A stretch of DNA of 64,000 bases from positions 273,120-337,119 of IMG/VR virus record IMGVR_UViG_3300023174_005338. One strand, 5' to 3'. Shown piece after piece: positions 46,681 through 56,700 of the stretch. The position numbers and the translations under genes were made by a program. The stretch's first letter is position 1, and every line of letters begins with the position of its first letter. Under the pieces are notes generated by a model, which saw nothing but the letters and a program-made list of their open reading frames with translations, did no database searches and was not told where the DNA came from.

Positions 46681-47040
46681 ATGGCGTCAGTAAATGCTAT
46701 CAATACCCGAACCGATCTCACAGTACAGATCTTTGACAGATTCTACGGCTATGAACAGCAGGTGCCGGTGGACGCTTATGATTCGGTATTGAGTTATTTT
46801 AAATCAGTTTTTCGATCAGCTACAGCCGCCGGCAACTTCACTGTGAGTTTGTTTCGAGTCAGTCAGCAATCTGGTATACCTGTGATGACCCTGTTGCAAC
46901 AGTTTCAAGGTCAAACTGCTCCACAAATAAATCTTACTTTGGCCTATTATCTCAACGGCATTAGAAGCTCCAGCACTTTGCTGGGTGTGAACACACCCAC
47001 CCAACCAAATTTCTACATAGCCAGAAACATCAGGATCTAG
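46681..47040 (+). CDS. Hypothetical virion-associated protein
   Basis: GGAGG SD; lies in the tail operon. Confidence 0.55.
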   Translation: MASVNAINTRTDLTVQIFDRFYGYEQQVPVDAYDSVLSYFKSVFRSATAAGNFTVSLFRVSQQSGIPVMTLLQQFQGQTAPQINLTLAYYLNGIRSSSTLLGVNTPTQPNFYIARNIRI

Positions 47041-47043
47041 ATC

Positions 47044-47487
47044 ATGCCCAATTTTCGTCAAGGCACATATCTGGTCAAAAACACGCAAAAGTATGTGGGC
47101 AAAGGCACACCCAGATACAGATCAGGATGGGAAATGACTTTTATGATGTTTCTCGACAGCAATGACAACATCGTGCAGTGGGCCAGTGAAAGCATCACCA
47201 TACCCTATAGAAATCCCATCACTGGCAAGCAGAGCATGTATGTGCCAGATTTTTTTGTGACCTATCGTGGACGTGACAACACAACTCGAGCAGAACTGAT
47301 AGAAATCAAGCCCAAAAAACAAAGCCTGATCGAAAGCCGAATGACGGATCGAGATCGTGCCATAGTAGCAGTCAACTACGCCAAATGGGCTGCAGCAACC
47401 AAATGGGCACGGCGCAACGGACTCACATTTAGAGTGATCAACGAAGATCAAATATTTCAACAGGGCAGCAAACGGACCGGTAAATAG
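47044..47487 (+). CDS. gp4: Head completion nuclease (TnsA-like)
   Basis: YRSGWE..FM, WASE.I.IPY, YVPDF and EIKP. Confidence 0.88.
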   Translation: MPNFRQGTYLVKNTQKYVGKGTPRYRSGWEMTFMMFLDSNDNIVQWASESITIPYRNPITGKQSMYVPDFFVTYRGRDNTTRAELIEIKPKKQSLIESRMTDRDRAIVAVNYAKWAAATKWARRNGLTFRVINEDQIFQQGSKRTGK

Positions 47488-47490
47488 GTC

Positions 47491-47988
47491 ATGACCCGTA
47501 AATTAGAATCTCTTTTTGACTTTCCGCCCAGTGGTAGCGAAAGCGAAACCACTGAACCGGAAAGTATACCTGCGACTCAACTGCAACTCCGAGAAATAGA
47601 GACTACAATAGACAAAATTGATGCGGCTCTACCAGCAGTACGTGGACTAGAAGCGTCTGACACTGAAATGGACGATTTAGCTAACAAAGCTCAAGAAACC
47701 TTTGACAATTTAATGGACTTGGGTTTCAATGTAGACAGCAGATACAGTGCTGAAATATTTGCCGTGGCTGGAACCATGCTGGGCCATGCGCTCACAGCCA
47801 AGACAGCCAAACTCAACAAGAAGCTGAAAATGGTAGATCTACAGTTGAAAAAGATGAAAATGGATCAGGACCAAGCCAGCAAGGGCGGCGATCAAGCTGT
47901 GGAAACAGCACACGGACAAGTGCTGAGTCGCAACGATTTGTTGGAACGACTCATGAGTACAAGAGACCAAAACAATAACAAAGCATAA
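47491..47988 (+). CDS. Putative terminase small subunit
   Basis: Size, helical composition, R...EIF.VA..ML motif and late promoter. Assigned by resemblance only. Confidence 0.4.
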   Translation: MTRKLESLFDFPPSGSESETTEPESIPATQLQLREIETTIDKIDAALPAVRGLEASDTEMDDLANKAQETFDNLMDLGFNVDSRYSAEIFAVAGTMLGHALTAKTAKLNKKLKMVDLQLKKMKMDQDQASKGGDQAVETAHGQVLSRNDLLERLMSTRDQNNNKA

Positions 47989-48009
47989 ATATCGTATAGG
48001 GATACAAAT

Positions 48010-48618
48010 ATGAAAAATTTTCAAGAATACCTGGCCGAAAGCCAAAGAACCTACAATTATCGCGTGAAAATCGTGGGTGATGTAGAACCTGCTTTTGTAA
48101 AGGCACTGGAAGAAAAGCTGAAACAGTTTGACCCAGTCAAGGTGTCGGCTGTGAAGAAAACTCCTATCCAGGCCAAGCCCGCAGACTTTCCTGCTGCCGC
48201 CAATGAAAGCGTCAGCTCCATGGATTGTGAATTCCGTTATCCAGCCATTGAGCCACAGATCCAACAGATTGCTCAACTCTTAGGACTTGATCCAAACCGT
48301 ATCCGTTTGTTGACCACACCCTATGAAGAAAGTGTAGATGTGGAACGTGAGCGTGTGGAAGAAGAAAACAAAGACCTGCTGACCGACACTGACTACCCTG
48401 CTCCCAACGCAGAACAAAAAGCACTCAGCAAAGATTATTCGGCACCATACGATGAGCATGCTGTGTTGAAGAATGCCTACCGCAGTGACTTTACTGTAGC
48501 CGGCGGCAAGACACCACCTGCCCGGACCACAAATGATTTACCAATGGGCACATCAAGCCCAATGACCAAAGTAAAACGCCCACCACGCCCTGCCACTGGT
48601 GCCAACCCAAGAGGATAA
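48010..48618 (+). CDS. Hypothetical protein with T4 capsid-targeting-like N-terminus
   Basis: Starts MKNFQEYLAE. Confidence 0.6.
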   Translation: MKNFQEYLAESQRTYNYRVKIVGDVEPAFVKALEEKLKQFDPVKVSAVKKTPIQAKPADFPAAANESVSSMDCEFRYPAIEPQIQQIAQLLGLDPNRIRLLTTPYEESVDVERERVEEENKDLLTDTDYPAPNAEQKALSKDYSAPYDEHAVLKNAYRSDFTVAGGKTPPARTTNDLPMGTSSPMTKVKRPPRPATGANPRG

Positions 48619-48622
48619 CAGC

Positions 48623-50551
48623 ATGACATTTTTTTACGACCTAAACAAGAAGTTGGCTGACCTGGCCAAGAAACAAGACCTCAACGAGAGCGTTCAACCT
48701 GCTGTGGCCGAAGGCTCAACTGGAGACTATTCAGCCAAAAAGGCTGCGGCAGGCAAAGACATTGGCAAGCCAGGAAAAATGTTTAGCAAGATCGCAAAGA
48801 GTGCTGGCAAGCGTTATGGCAGCAAAGAAAGTGGCGAGCGAGTTGCCGGCGCTGTGTTGGCCAAACTGCGTGCCAAAGAAAGTGTAGAAGAGTCAGACAT
48901 GGATGAGAGTGCTCTACAAGCATACCTAGGCAAAAAGAAATATGGCGAGACCGGCATGAAGGCCCTGCAGAAGGCCGGACGTGAAGGTGCCAGCAAAGAG
49001 ACCATGGCTCGTATCCGTGCCAAGCACGACAAAATGGATGAAGAAATAGCCGACGAAGGCAACGCATTCACAGCCAAACTTAAAAGCACACCCAAGGGTG
49101 GCGAGTTTGAACTGGACGGCAAAAAATATCGAGACACCAGCAACATCGAAGAAAAGAAAGAAACCAAAAAATCACGCAGTGCTGGCACAGCATTTGATCC
49201 AGAAGTGGCCAAATCTATGTTTGCCAGCAAAGATGAACACCCAAGATATGATGTCAAAGACACGGGCTACAGCAAGCGTTATACAAGAAAAGAAGAGCCT
49301 GCGGCAGACAAGGATGATGCAGAAGTCAGTGATCAACCCAAGAAGAAAGGTCGCCCAAAATCTGCAAAACCAAAAGATCAAGAGACTGTGACCAAAGGAA
49401 GTTGGAAATATAAAATGGTCAATGGCAAGCGTGTGAAAAAAGAAAAGACCGACGAAGATCTTGACACTGATGGCGTCATGATGACACGTCCGTCAAATAT
49501 GAGCAGTGAAGGCATTGAAAGCATTGCCTTGGTAGACAAAGGTGAATATGACCGCGAAGGCGACATGGCCAAGGAACAGTTGCACACCATCAAACTGGCT
49601 GCACGAGAACTGGCCAGCATACTCAGCGATGATGAGAACCTGCCAGAGTGGGTTCAATCAAAGATCACCAAGGCCATGGACTACATTGACACAGCACGTG
49701 ACTACATGATAGCAACTAAGGCCGATGGTGACATGCAACCCGTGGCAGAAAAAGCCGTCAGTCAAGCACAACGCAGAGCCGCTGGCATAGCACATGCCGC
49801 TCAAAAGGGTGAGATACCCAAGAGTGAATTGCGTGGCGCATCAAAAGAAATGGCCAAGATGCCCAAAGGTGAACTGCACAAGTTTGCCGCGACCAAAGAA
49901 AAAGGTCTGCCAAAGAAAGTCAAAGAAGCCGGCAAACCCGATTTCCTGGATCTAGACAAAGATGGAAACAAAGCAGAACCCATGAAACAGGCTGCCAAAC
50001 AAGCCAAGAGCAAGACGAAAGATGAAGTTGAAGAAACAACCGTAGCCGGATCAGTGGCCACAGCACCCACTGGTGGTAAAGGCAAAGGTGGCATGCAGTT
50101 TGGCAAAGGTGTGTATGAAAGCATGGACTCCAAGTTCCGTCAAGCACTCACGGAAGGCATGAACATTAGTGTGAACATGAACACTGGACCAGATGGTCAG
50201 CCCAGCAAGAATATCACGGTCAGTGCCGACGGTGAAGATGCCGAAGCTTTGGCTGCATTGTTGAAGATGGCCGGCATCAGCGGTCACAGCGACAGTGAAA
50301 GTTGTGGCACCTGTGGCAAAGCACCCTGTGGTTGCGAAGAGCTGGATGAGAACAGCCCAGACTGGCCCACAAACACAGAAACGTCAGACAATGCCATGCA
50401 GTATTCAGGTGGCCTAAACGGTCCCAAGAGCACAGGGCAAACTACCGTTCCTGTCGTTGCCAGCCAACTACGTCGTCAAGTTTCAATGGAAGAGTCAGTA
50501 AAACTTGAGCGCGATTTGTTTAGACTTTATCAAAACTACAAAGCCCAATGA
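48623..50551 (+). CDS. Highly charged modular protein (putative internal head polyprotein; includes a DUF3008-like module)
   Basis: GAGG SD; modules punctuated by hydrophobic-x-E sites; AVSQAQRRAAGIA.AA.KGE...GASKEM...TK.KGLP module. Confidence 0.6.
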   Translation: MTFFYDLNKKLADLAKKQDLNESVQPAVAEGSTGDYSAKKAAAGKDIGKPGKMFSKIAKSAGKRYGSKESGERVAGAVLAKLRAKESVEESDMDESALQAYLGKKKYGETGMKALQKAGREGASKETMARIRAKHDKMDEEIADEGNAFTAKLKSTPKGGEFELDGKKYRDTSNIEEKKETKKSRSAGTAFDPEVAKSMFASKDEHPRYDVKDTGYSKRYTRKEEPAADKDDAEVSDQPKKKGRPKSAKPKDQETVTKGSWKYKMVNGKRVKKEKTDEDLDTDGVMMTRPSNMSSEGIESIALVDKGEYDREGDMAKEQLHTIKLAARELASILSDDENLPEWVQSKITKAMDYIDTARDYMIATKADGDMQPVAEKAVSQAQRRAAGIAHAAQKGEIPKSELRGASKEMAKMPKGELHKFAATKEKGLPKKVKEAGKPDFLDLDKDGNKAEPMKQAAKQAKSKTKDEVEETTVAGSVATAPTGGKGKGGMQFGKGVYESMDSKFRQALTEGMNISVNMNTGPDGQPSKNITVSADGEDAEALAALLKMAGISGHSDSESCGTCGKAPCGCEELDENSPDWPTNTETSDNAMQYSGGLNGPKSTGQTTVPVVASQLRRQVSMEESVKLERDLFRLYQNYKAQ

Positions 50552-51294
50552 AATCGTTAAAAGACTACATCACAGAAAGCGAACAATGGATGAACACACC
50601 TGCAGCAGGTGATGTCTTTGCGTTTGAACTGCCTGATGAAGTCTTGTGTGAGACCTACATCATTGAGGTGGCCGACGATTGTATCCTACTAGATTCTACA
50701 CCAGAGATCAATGCGGCCTTGAGTGAATGGGCCACTCTTGAAGACACCGACGAAGGCGATTCTGGTGTGATCATGGAAACCATGGGCTACGGAACATTGG
50801 TGGGCGAAGGTTCCATGAAAAAAGAAATGTATGCGTCTGCACTACGCATGAGTCTGGAACAGTTCAAAGACCGCTATGGTGACGAAGACTGGATTGAAGA
50901 TTTTTGGCGTACATCCACCGGTGAGCCAGAAATCTCAAAAGATGTGGATGAAGATCAAGATGCCGCTGTGGTAGCAGGCAAAGAAGCTGCCATTGATTCT
51001 GCACAACAACTGGCCACCGACGAAGCCAAGTATCAAGGCCGTGAGGTTCAGTTAAACAAAAAGATGCCAGGAGATCAGGCCAAATTTAAAGTCTATGTCA
51101 AAGATCCTGCCACAGGCAATGTTAAAAAAGTGAACTTTGGCCACGGCGGTAAGACGGCCAAGAGACTAGGTCAAAAAACCATGCGTATTAGAAAGTCTAA
51201 TCCTGCAGCTAGAAAAAGTTTTAGAGCAAGACATAACTGTGACAATCCGGGCAGCAAATTAAAAGCCAGATATTGGAGTTGTAAGAACTGGTGA
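50548..51294 (+). CDS. Hypothetical protein with CTS-like N-terminus and basic C-terminal domain (DUF6321-like)
   Basis: MKSLKDYITE; KVNFG...ARKSFRARHNC...ARYWSC. Confidence 0.6.
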   Translation: MKSLKDYITESEQWMNTPAAGDVFAFELPDEVLCETYIIEVADDCILLDSTPEINAALSEWATLEDTDEGDSGVIMETMGYGTLVGEGSMKKEMYASALRMSLEQFKDRYGDEDWIEDFWRTSTGEPEISKDVDEDQDAAVVAGKEAAIDSAQQLATDEAKYQGREVQLNKKMPGDQAKFKVYVKDPATGNVKKVNFGHGGKTAKRLGQKTMRIRKSNPAARKSFRARHNCDNPGSKLKARYWSCKNW

Positions 51295-51320
51295 CGTCAA
51301 TAAGTCGTGCTAAATAGAGC

Positions 51321-51953
51321 ATGACGTCTATAATCTACAAAATCACAAATCAACTTACAAACAAGTCCTACATAGGTTGGACCAGTCAATCTTTTGATGC
51401 AAGATGGTGCCAACACAAAAAGCTGGCACAAAAAAATCAAGATAATCGACCATTTTACAATGCTATAAGAAAATATGGAATAGATTGCTGGACTCAAGAA
51501 ATTCTTGAAGAAGTGTGTGACAAAAATTTAGCAAAACAAAAAGAAATAGAATACATCAAACTGTTTGAATCCTATGACAAGGGATATAATGCAACCAGAG
51601 GAGGAGATGGCAACAACGACATAAAAATGTCAGCTGAATCTAATTTGGCTCGTAGCCTGGCACTTAAAGGAAAACCAAAAAATTACGTCCGAGCGCCAGG
51701 AAAAAAACAGTCAGCAGAAAGTCGTAAAAAGATATCTGATGCACACAAGGGCATGAAAAAACCCTGGGTAAAATGGACTCAAGAACAAATTGTTAAACGT
51801 GCTATGACACGCCGAGCCCTTAGTGAACAACAATACAATCAAATTCATGAGTTAAGAAAAACCGGTTTGAGAATTTGTGACATTGCAAAACAAGTTAATA
51901 CCAGTTCTGACCTAGTCAAAAAATGGCTCAACAAGTCTTGGAATTTGAGCTAA
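51321..51953 (+). CDS. Free-standing GIY-YIG homing endonuclease (Seg-like) with NUMOD3 and HTH tail
   Basis: IIYKITN...KSYIG.T, R..QH, E..YI and GYN.T.GG. AT-rich. Confidence 0.85.
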   Translation: MTSIIYKITNQLTNKSYIGWTSQSFDARWCQHKKLAQKNQDNRPFYNAIRKYGIDCWTQEILEEVCDKNLAKQKEIEYIKLFESYDKGYNATRGGDGNNDIKMSAESNLARSLALKGKPKNYVRAPGKKQSAESRKKISDAHKGMKKPWVKWTQEQIVKRAMTRRALSEQQYNQIHELRKTGLRICDIAKQVNTSSDLVKKWLNKSWNLS

Positions 51954-51974
51954 ATAACAAAAAGGGATTCTATA

Positions 51975-52268
51975 ATGGCCGCAAATGTATACACCACACT
52001 AGCTAACACAACTGTTTACACAGACAAACTACAGATTGCCACGGCTGCCAATGCAGTGACTTATCAGGTCTATGCCACAGCCTTGGGAAGCGCCGCCGCC
52101 ATTGGCAATATCTACACTGCACCAATCACGATTCCAGCCAACACAGTGTTTGAAGTGTATTCAGGTGCTGGAAACAAAGTCACAGTGGTAGGCTCGCCAT
52201 TTACAGCATTAGAATTGGGCACACAAAGTTCTGCACAATACAGCGTGTTCAACAGTGCGGGACAGTGA
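51975..52268 (+). CDS. Small beta-rich hypothetical virion protein
   Basis: Late promoter at 51951; Ala/Thr-rich. Confidence 0.5.
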   Translation: MAANVYTTLANTTVYTDKLQIATAANAVTYQVYATALGSAAAIGNIYTAPITIPANTVFEVYSGAGNKVTVVGSPFTALELGTQSSAQYSVFNSAGQ

Positions 52269-52270
52269 TC

Positions 52271-52642
52271 ATGCGTGCCCGGGAGTTCCTGGCTGAGAAA
52301 CGCACAGGTCAAATAGGCAATCGACGCCAGGCAGCCACAGTGGGTCTACACAAGTTCCGTGACACAGGTGGGTATGATCGTACCTATGAACTCAACCGTG
52401 TTATGATGGCCGTGGCCTGCGCAGATGGGCACACTCCCTTGGATATGGACACAGAAAGCTGGGCAGGCCGTTACAACACAGCACATCCTTATACCGATGT
52501 GGAAGATGCCATGTTACGCCAGGCCCTAAAAGCTACTGGCAGCGAACACAAAGATTTCAATCAAGGAGATCTGGACAGTGGTGAACTTGACAGCACCAAT
52601 GTGATCAGTCCTGTGAAATCCTTCAAAGGATACCCCAGATGA
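52271..52642 (+). CDS. Hypothetical protein, paralog A
   Basis: Starts MRAREFLAE; ends SPVKSFKGYPR. Confidence 0.6.
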   Translation: MRAREFLAEKRTGQIGNRRQAATVGLHKFRDTGGYDRTYELNRVMMAVACADGHTPLDMDTESWAGRYNTAHPYTDVEDAMLRQALKATGSEHKDFNQGDLDSGELDSTNVISPVKSFKGYPR

Positions 52643-53031
52643 GAGCCCGAGAGTTCATCACAGAACAACATGATCTGCCACCTGAGATAGCCGATCCCTT
52701 GCGCTATACCTATATCCTGCCTGGACTCAGTGCCGCAGATCCCTACCGCAACTACAGATTTGGCGTGGCCATGGCCCGTGCCAGAAGTGATCGCGGAACA
52801 GATCACGACCAAATAGATCAATTTATGCCATCATGGCAACCAGAAACTGCTTTTGGTGAGCACGGTGTTATTTCAGGCTTTGATGCCAACGTGGATCCTG
52901 TGATTGACTTGGCCTTGAAAATGACCAAGACACCAGGCGGTAAAAAATTAGTCAGCTCGGCTGCCAGCCAAGAACCCGCCAGTGTGGACAAACAAAGTCC
53001 GATCAAAGCATTCAAAGGATATCCTAGATAA
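52639..53031 (+). CDS. Hypothetical protein, paralog B
   Basis: Starts MRAREFITE; ends SPIKAFKGYPR. Confidence 0.6.
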   Translation: MRAREFITEQHDLPPEIADPLRYTYILPGLSAADPYRNYRFGVAMARARSDRGTDHDQIDQFMPSWQPETAFGEHGVISGFDANVDPVIDLALKMTKTPGGKKLVSSAASQEPASVDKQSPIKAFKGYPR

Positions 53032-53330
53032 TGGCCAATCCGCCACCACCCTATGAAGATCTCACGGGCATAAGCCGTACAGTGATGAAGGACAACGCCC
53101 AGGAAACTGTGACCAACTACAACGGCAATGCCCGACCTGCGGAAATGACAGTGAACATCAATACCAATGAAATCTACATTGGCAATGCCACTGGAGCACT
53201 CACAAAAATCATGCAAGTTACCGGAGCCAACACCTTTTTGGGCAATGTGCGTGTGGCGAATAGCACTGCTGGACTCAATCAACTGTACTTTGACCCGGCC
53301 ACGGGTGAAATTGTCTACTACCAGCCCTGA
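53031..53330 (+). CDS. Small fibre N-terminal-domain-like protein
   Basis: RP.E..V...T..IYIG...G motif typical of fibre attachment domains. Confidence 0.45.
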   Translation: MANPPPPYEDLTGISRTVMKDNAQETVTNYNGNARPAEMTVNINTNEIYIGNATGALTKIMQVTGANTFLGNVRVANSTAGLNQLYFDPATGEIVYYQP

Positions 53331-53356
53331 GCTAAATACACTACGGAAACTATACT

Positions 53357-53761
53357 ATGAAAATCGCAGACATTTTACGCACACTGGCCGCCAATTTAGA
53401 TCATGCTCAAGGCGGAGCTCCAGATCCCAGAATACAAAATCCTGGTGCACTTATTGATGTTGATATTGTGGCCAACCCAGATGCAGAAAAACCCAGTCCA
53501 AACGGTGTCACAGCGTCGGGCAACGACAAAGAACCAGAAGAATTGTTCCTTCCACCCTTGCAACAAAAACAAGAGTTACTTAAAAAAGCCGTGGGTGTAG
53601 AAAATGTCTATGACGACGGCCGCCCAGGAGATGCCGGTGATGAAAACGCACAAGCACCCACTCCCGAAGAAGAAGATCTGCTAGACAAGATCAAGCGCAT
53701 GGCCGGTGTTCCTGTAGCCGCTGTCCAAGAACTCAGCAACGACGAAGTCTTTGACGACTAA
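53357..53761 (+). CDS. Acidic hypothetical protein
   Basis: Late promoter at 53333; FLPPLQQK.ELLKK and IKRMAGV motifs. Confidence 0.55.
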   Translation: MKIADILRTLAANLDHAQGGAPDPRIQNPGALIDVDIVANPDAEKPSPNGVTASGNDKEPEELFLPPLQQKQELLKKAVGVENVYDDGRPGDAGDENAQAPTPEEEDLLDKIKRMAGVPVAAVQELSNDEVFDD

Positions 53762-53772
53762 GGGGCTCTAAC

Positions 53773-56700
53773 ATGAGCTTCATCCAAAATCTTTTTACCA
53801 GCCGTGACAACAATGCCAATGGCGCTTCTTATGTAGGTCAACAAGATCGCATCTGGTGGAATCCCGACACCAACGCTTTTTATTACAGCAATGGCAATAC
53901 TCCAGGTGGCATACCCATTGGCGCTGGTGGTGCAGGATCACCCGGAGGCCCAGTCAGCAGCATACAATACAACCTAGGTGGCGGCACCTTTGGTGGCACA
54001 GCCAATCTTGTTATTGATGGTGCTGGTCTCAGTGCTGTGGGCAACATCACAGCCGCATGGTTTATTGGCAATGTTTCAACCACGGGCAACATCACTGGCG
54101 GCAACATCTTGACCAACAACTACTTGTATGCTAATGGTCAAAGCATATTTGCCAACATACAACTCACAGGCAACATTGATCTGGGCAATCTCTACATCAC
54201 GGATCAGACCATATACGGAAAAAATCTCAATGCCAACATAGGTCTGAGTCCTGAAGGCGATGGTTGGGTAGTTGTGCCCAAGATTGACATCAGTGGCATG
54301 ACCGTGGCCAATACCGGCACAGCCGTACAGTTTGACACCGACGCTGGCATTGATCTACAGTTTGGTCCCGGCACCGGTGGCAACATACTCACAGCCGGAA
54401 CCATAAAACCCACCAGCAACAACCTGGCAGGCCTGGGAGCCGTGGGCAGTCGCTACACGGATCTATGGCTGGGGTCAGGCAACATCAACATCATTGATCA
54501 GACACTCAATCAAAATCAACAGATCTATGCCAATCAGGGCAATCTGATCATAGGCAATGCCTCGGGCTTGACCTTTGGAAACTTCCGTTTTTATGGCAAT
54601 GTCATGGCCCTGGGCAATGCCGCTGCCAACATTCAAATAGGCACAGCCAACGCCACTGGCTATGTGAACTTCAATCGTTCCATAGCGGTCATACCCTCGG
54701 GTAACGTGGGAGCCGCCAAGGTGTTTGAAGTGGCCCGAGATGGCCGCACAAAGATCTACGCATCGGATCCGATCCCCCTCAGTGACGCAGCTTTCCAGGT
54801 CATAGGAAGCAGTTCGGGCAACAGCCAGCCCAGAAACTTCACCGGCACCATGATGCAGGTCACCGGACAAGACGATGCCACCAACCGCATAACTTTTGAT
54901 GCGTTTGGTGTGGCCGGCAGCACCAATGCCTACAACGTGTTGGCTTCGCGTGTGGCACGTGGCACCGTGGATTCACCACAGCCCATACAAAGCAACGACA
55001 TCCTGTTCCGACTCAGCAGCCAAGGCTGGACCGGCAACAATGCCTATGCATCAGGTGTGGCCCGGCTCAGCTTCGGTGCCGCAGAGGCCTTTGCCAGCAA
55101 TGCCGCAGTGGGCACCTATGCCAACATACAGCTGGTGCCTGTTGGTAGCAATGTGATCAAAACCGTCACAGGATTCAGCGGCTCGGGTATCAACTTCCCC
55201 AATGCCATCTCTGGTGGCACTGGCAACCTGGGCATAACCTTCCAGGACGGCACGTTCCAGAACACAGCCTACTTGCCTTCTGGTGTTGTGAGCAGTCTCA
55301 CAGCCGGTGCTGGCATCAGCTTGTCGGGTCCTACCGGCGATATCACAGTGACCAACACCGGCATCCTGGGCGTGATTGGCACACCAAACCGTGTCACAGT
55401 GGCCAGCAACGTGGGCGGAGTAGTGACCCTGACCACGCCGCAGGATCTCAACACCACGGCCAACATGACTTTGTATAGTCTCACCGTCACAAACCTCAGC
55501 GTGACAGGCAATGTGTCAAATGTGATACCCAGCATAATTGATGGTCCTGTCGTCTTTGTGGCCAACACGGCCACAGTCTACAATGACATCAACACGTCAG
55601 GCCTGATCACCGGCAACATTGCCAACAGCACGTCAGCTGGCATACTATACAAAACGGCCACCAACACCTGGAACTTTGACTATGGCAACAGCTGGGGTAT
55701 TACAGCCAATACAGTTTATGGCAACTCGTCGTTTATCAACAATTTTGCGCATGTGGGCTATGCCAATGCCACAGTGGAATATGGCAATGCCACCATACAG
55801 GCCGACAGCAGTGTAGACAACTTCAGCCAGATTGTGCAACAAAACCACTTCCAAGGAGCCAACGCCAGTTCAGACTTTGTGGCCGTGGCCAACAACGGTG
55901 ACGAAAGCAACTTCTATATAGACCTAGGCATCAATTCCAATGTCTACAACAATGCCGACTATGCTGTGACCAAGGCCAATGATGGCTACCTATATGTCAA
56001 TGGTGGTAATTTGGTCATTGGCACACAAACTGCCAGCCGGGTCATCAACTTGTTTACTGGTGGCACCAGCAACACACAAAACTTTATCCGTGGCACTGTC
56101 AGTGACACCGGTCTCAGCATGGTGGGCAACGTCACAGCCAACAACTTGACGGGCAACACTTTATTCTCAACCGATGGCATCAGTGCTGCAGGCAACATTG
56201 CAGGCACCAACCTATCAGTCACAGGCATAGTAACTGGTTCAAGCATCACAGGCAGCGTGGTCAGTGCCACAGGCACTGTTACCGGCGGCAACTTGAGAAC
56301 TAGTGGCACTATTTCAGCCACAGGCAATATCATCACAGCAGCCAATCTGGTCACAGCCACCACAGTGATCAACAGTGGTGTCAGCACATCTGGCACGGTC
56401 ACAGCGGCCAACATCAACGGTGCAAATATAACAGCCTCGGGCACCATCAGTGCCATTGGTAATATTAGCACACCCAACTTGAATGCGTCCATAGCCATTG
56501 TTTCCACCCTGCTCAGCATCACCGGCAACATTGACGGCGGCAACCTACGCACATCAGGCATAATTTCCACCACAGGCAATGCCACATTTGGCAATGTGCA
56601 GACCACGGGCCGCGTATCGGTCACAGGCAACATCGACGGCGGCAACATAAGAACCGCAGGTATCATCACTGCCACGGGCAACATCAGCACCGCTGGATTC

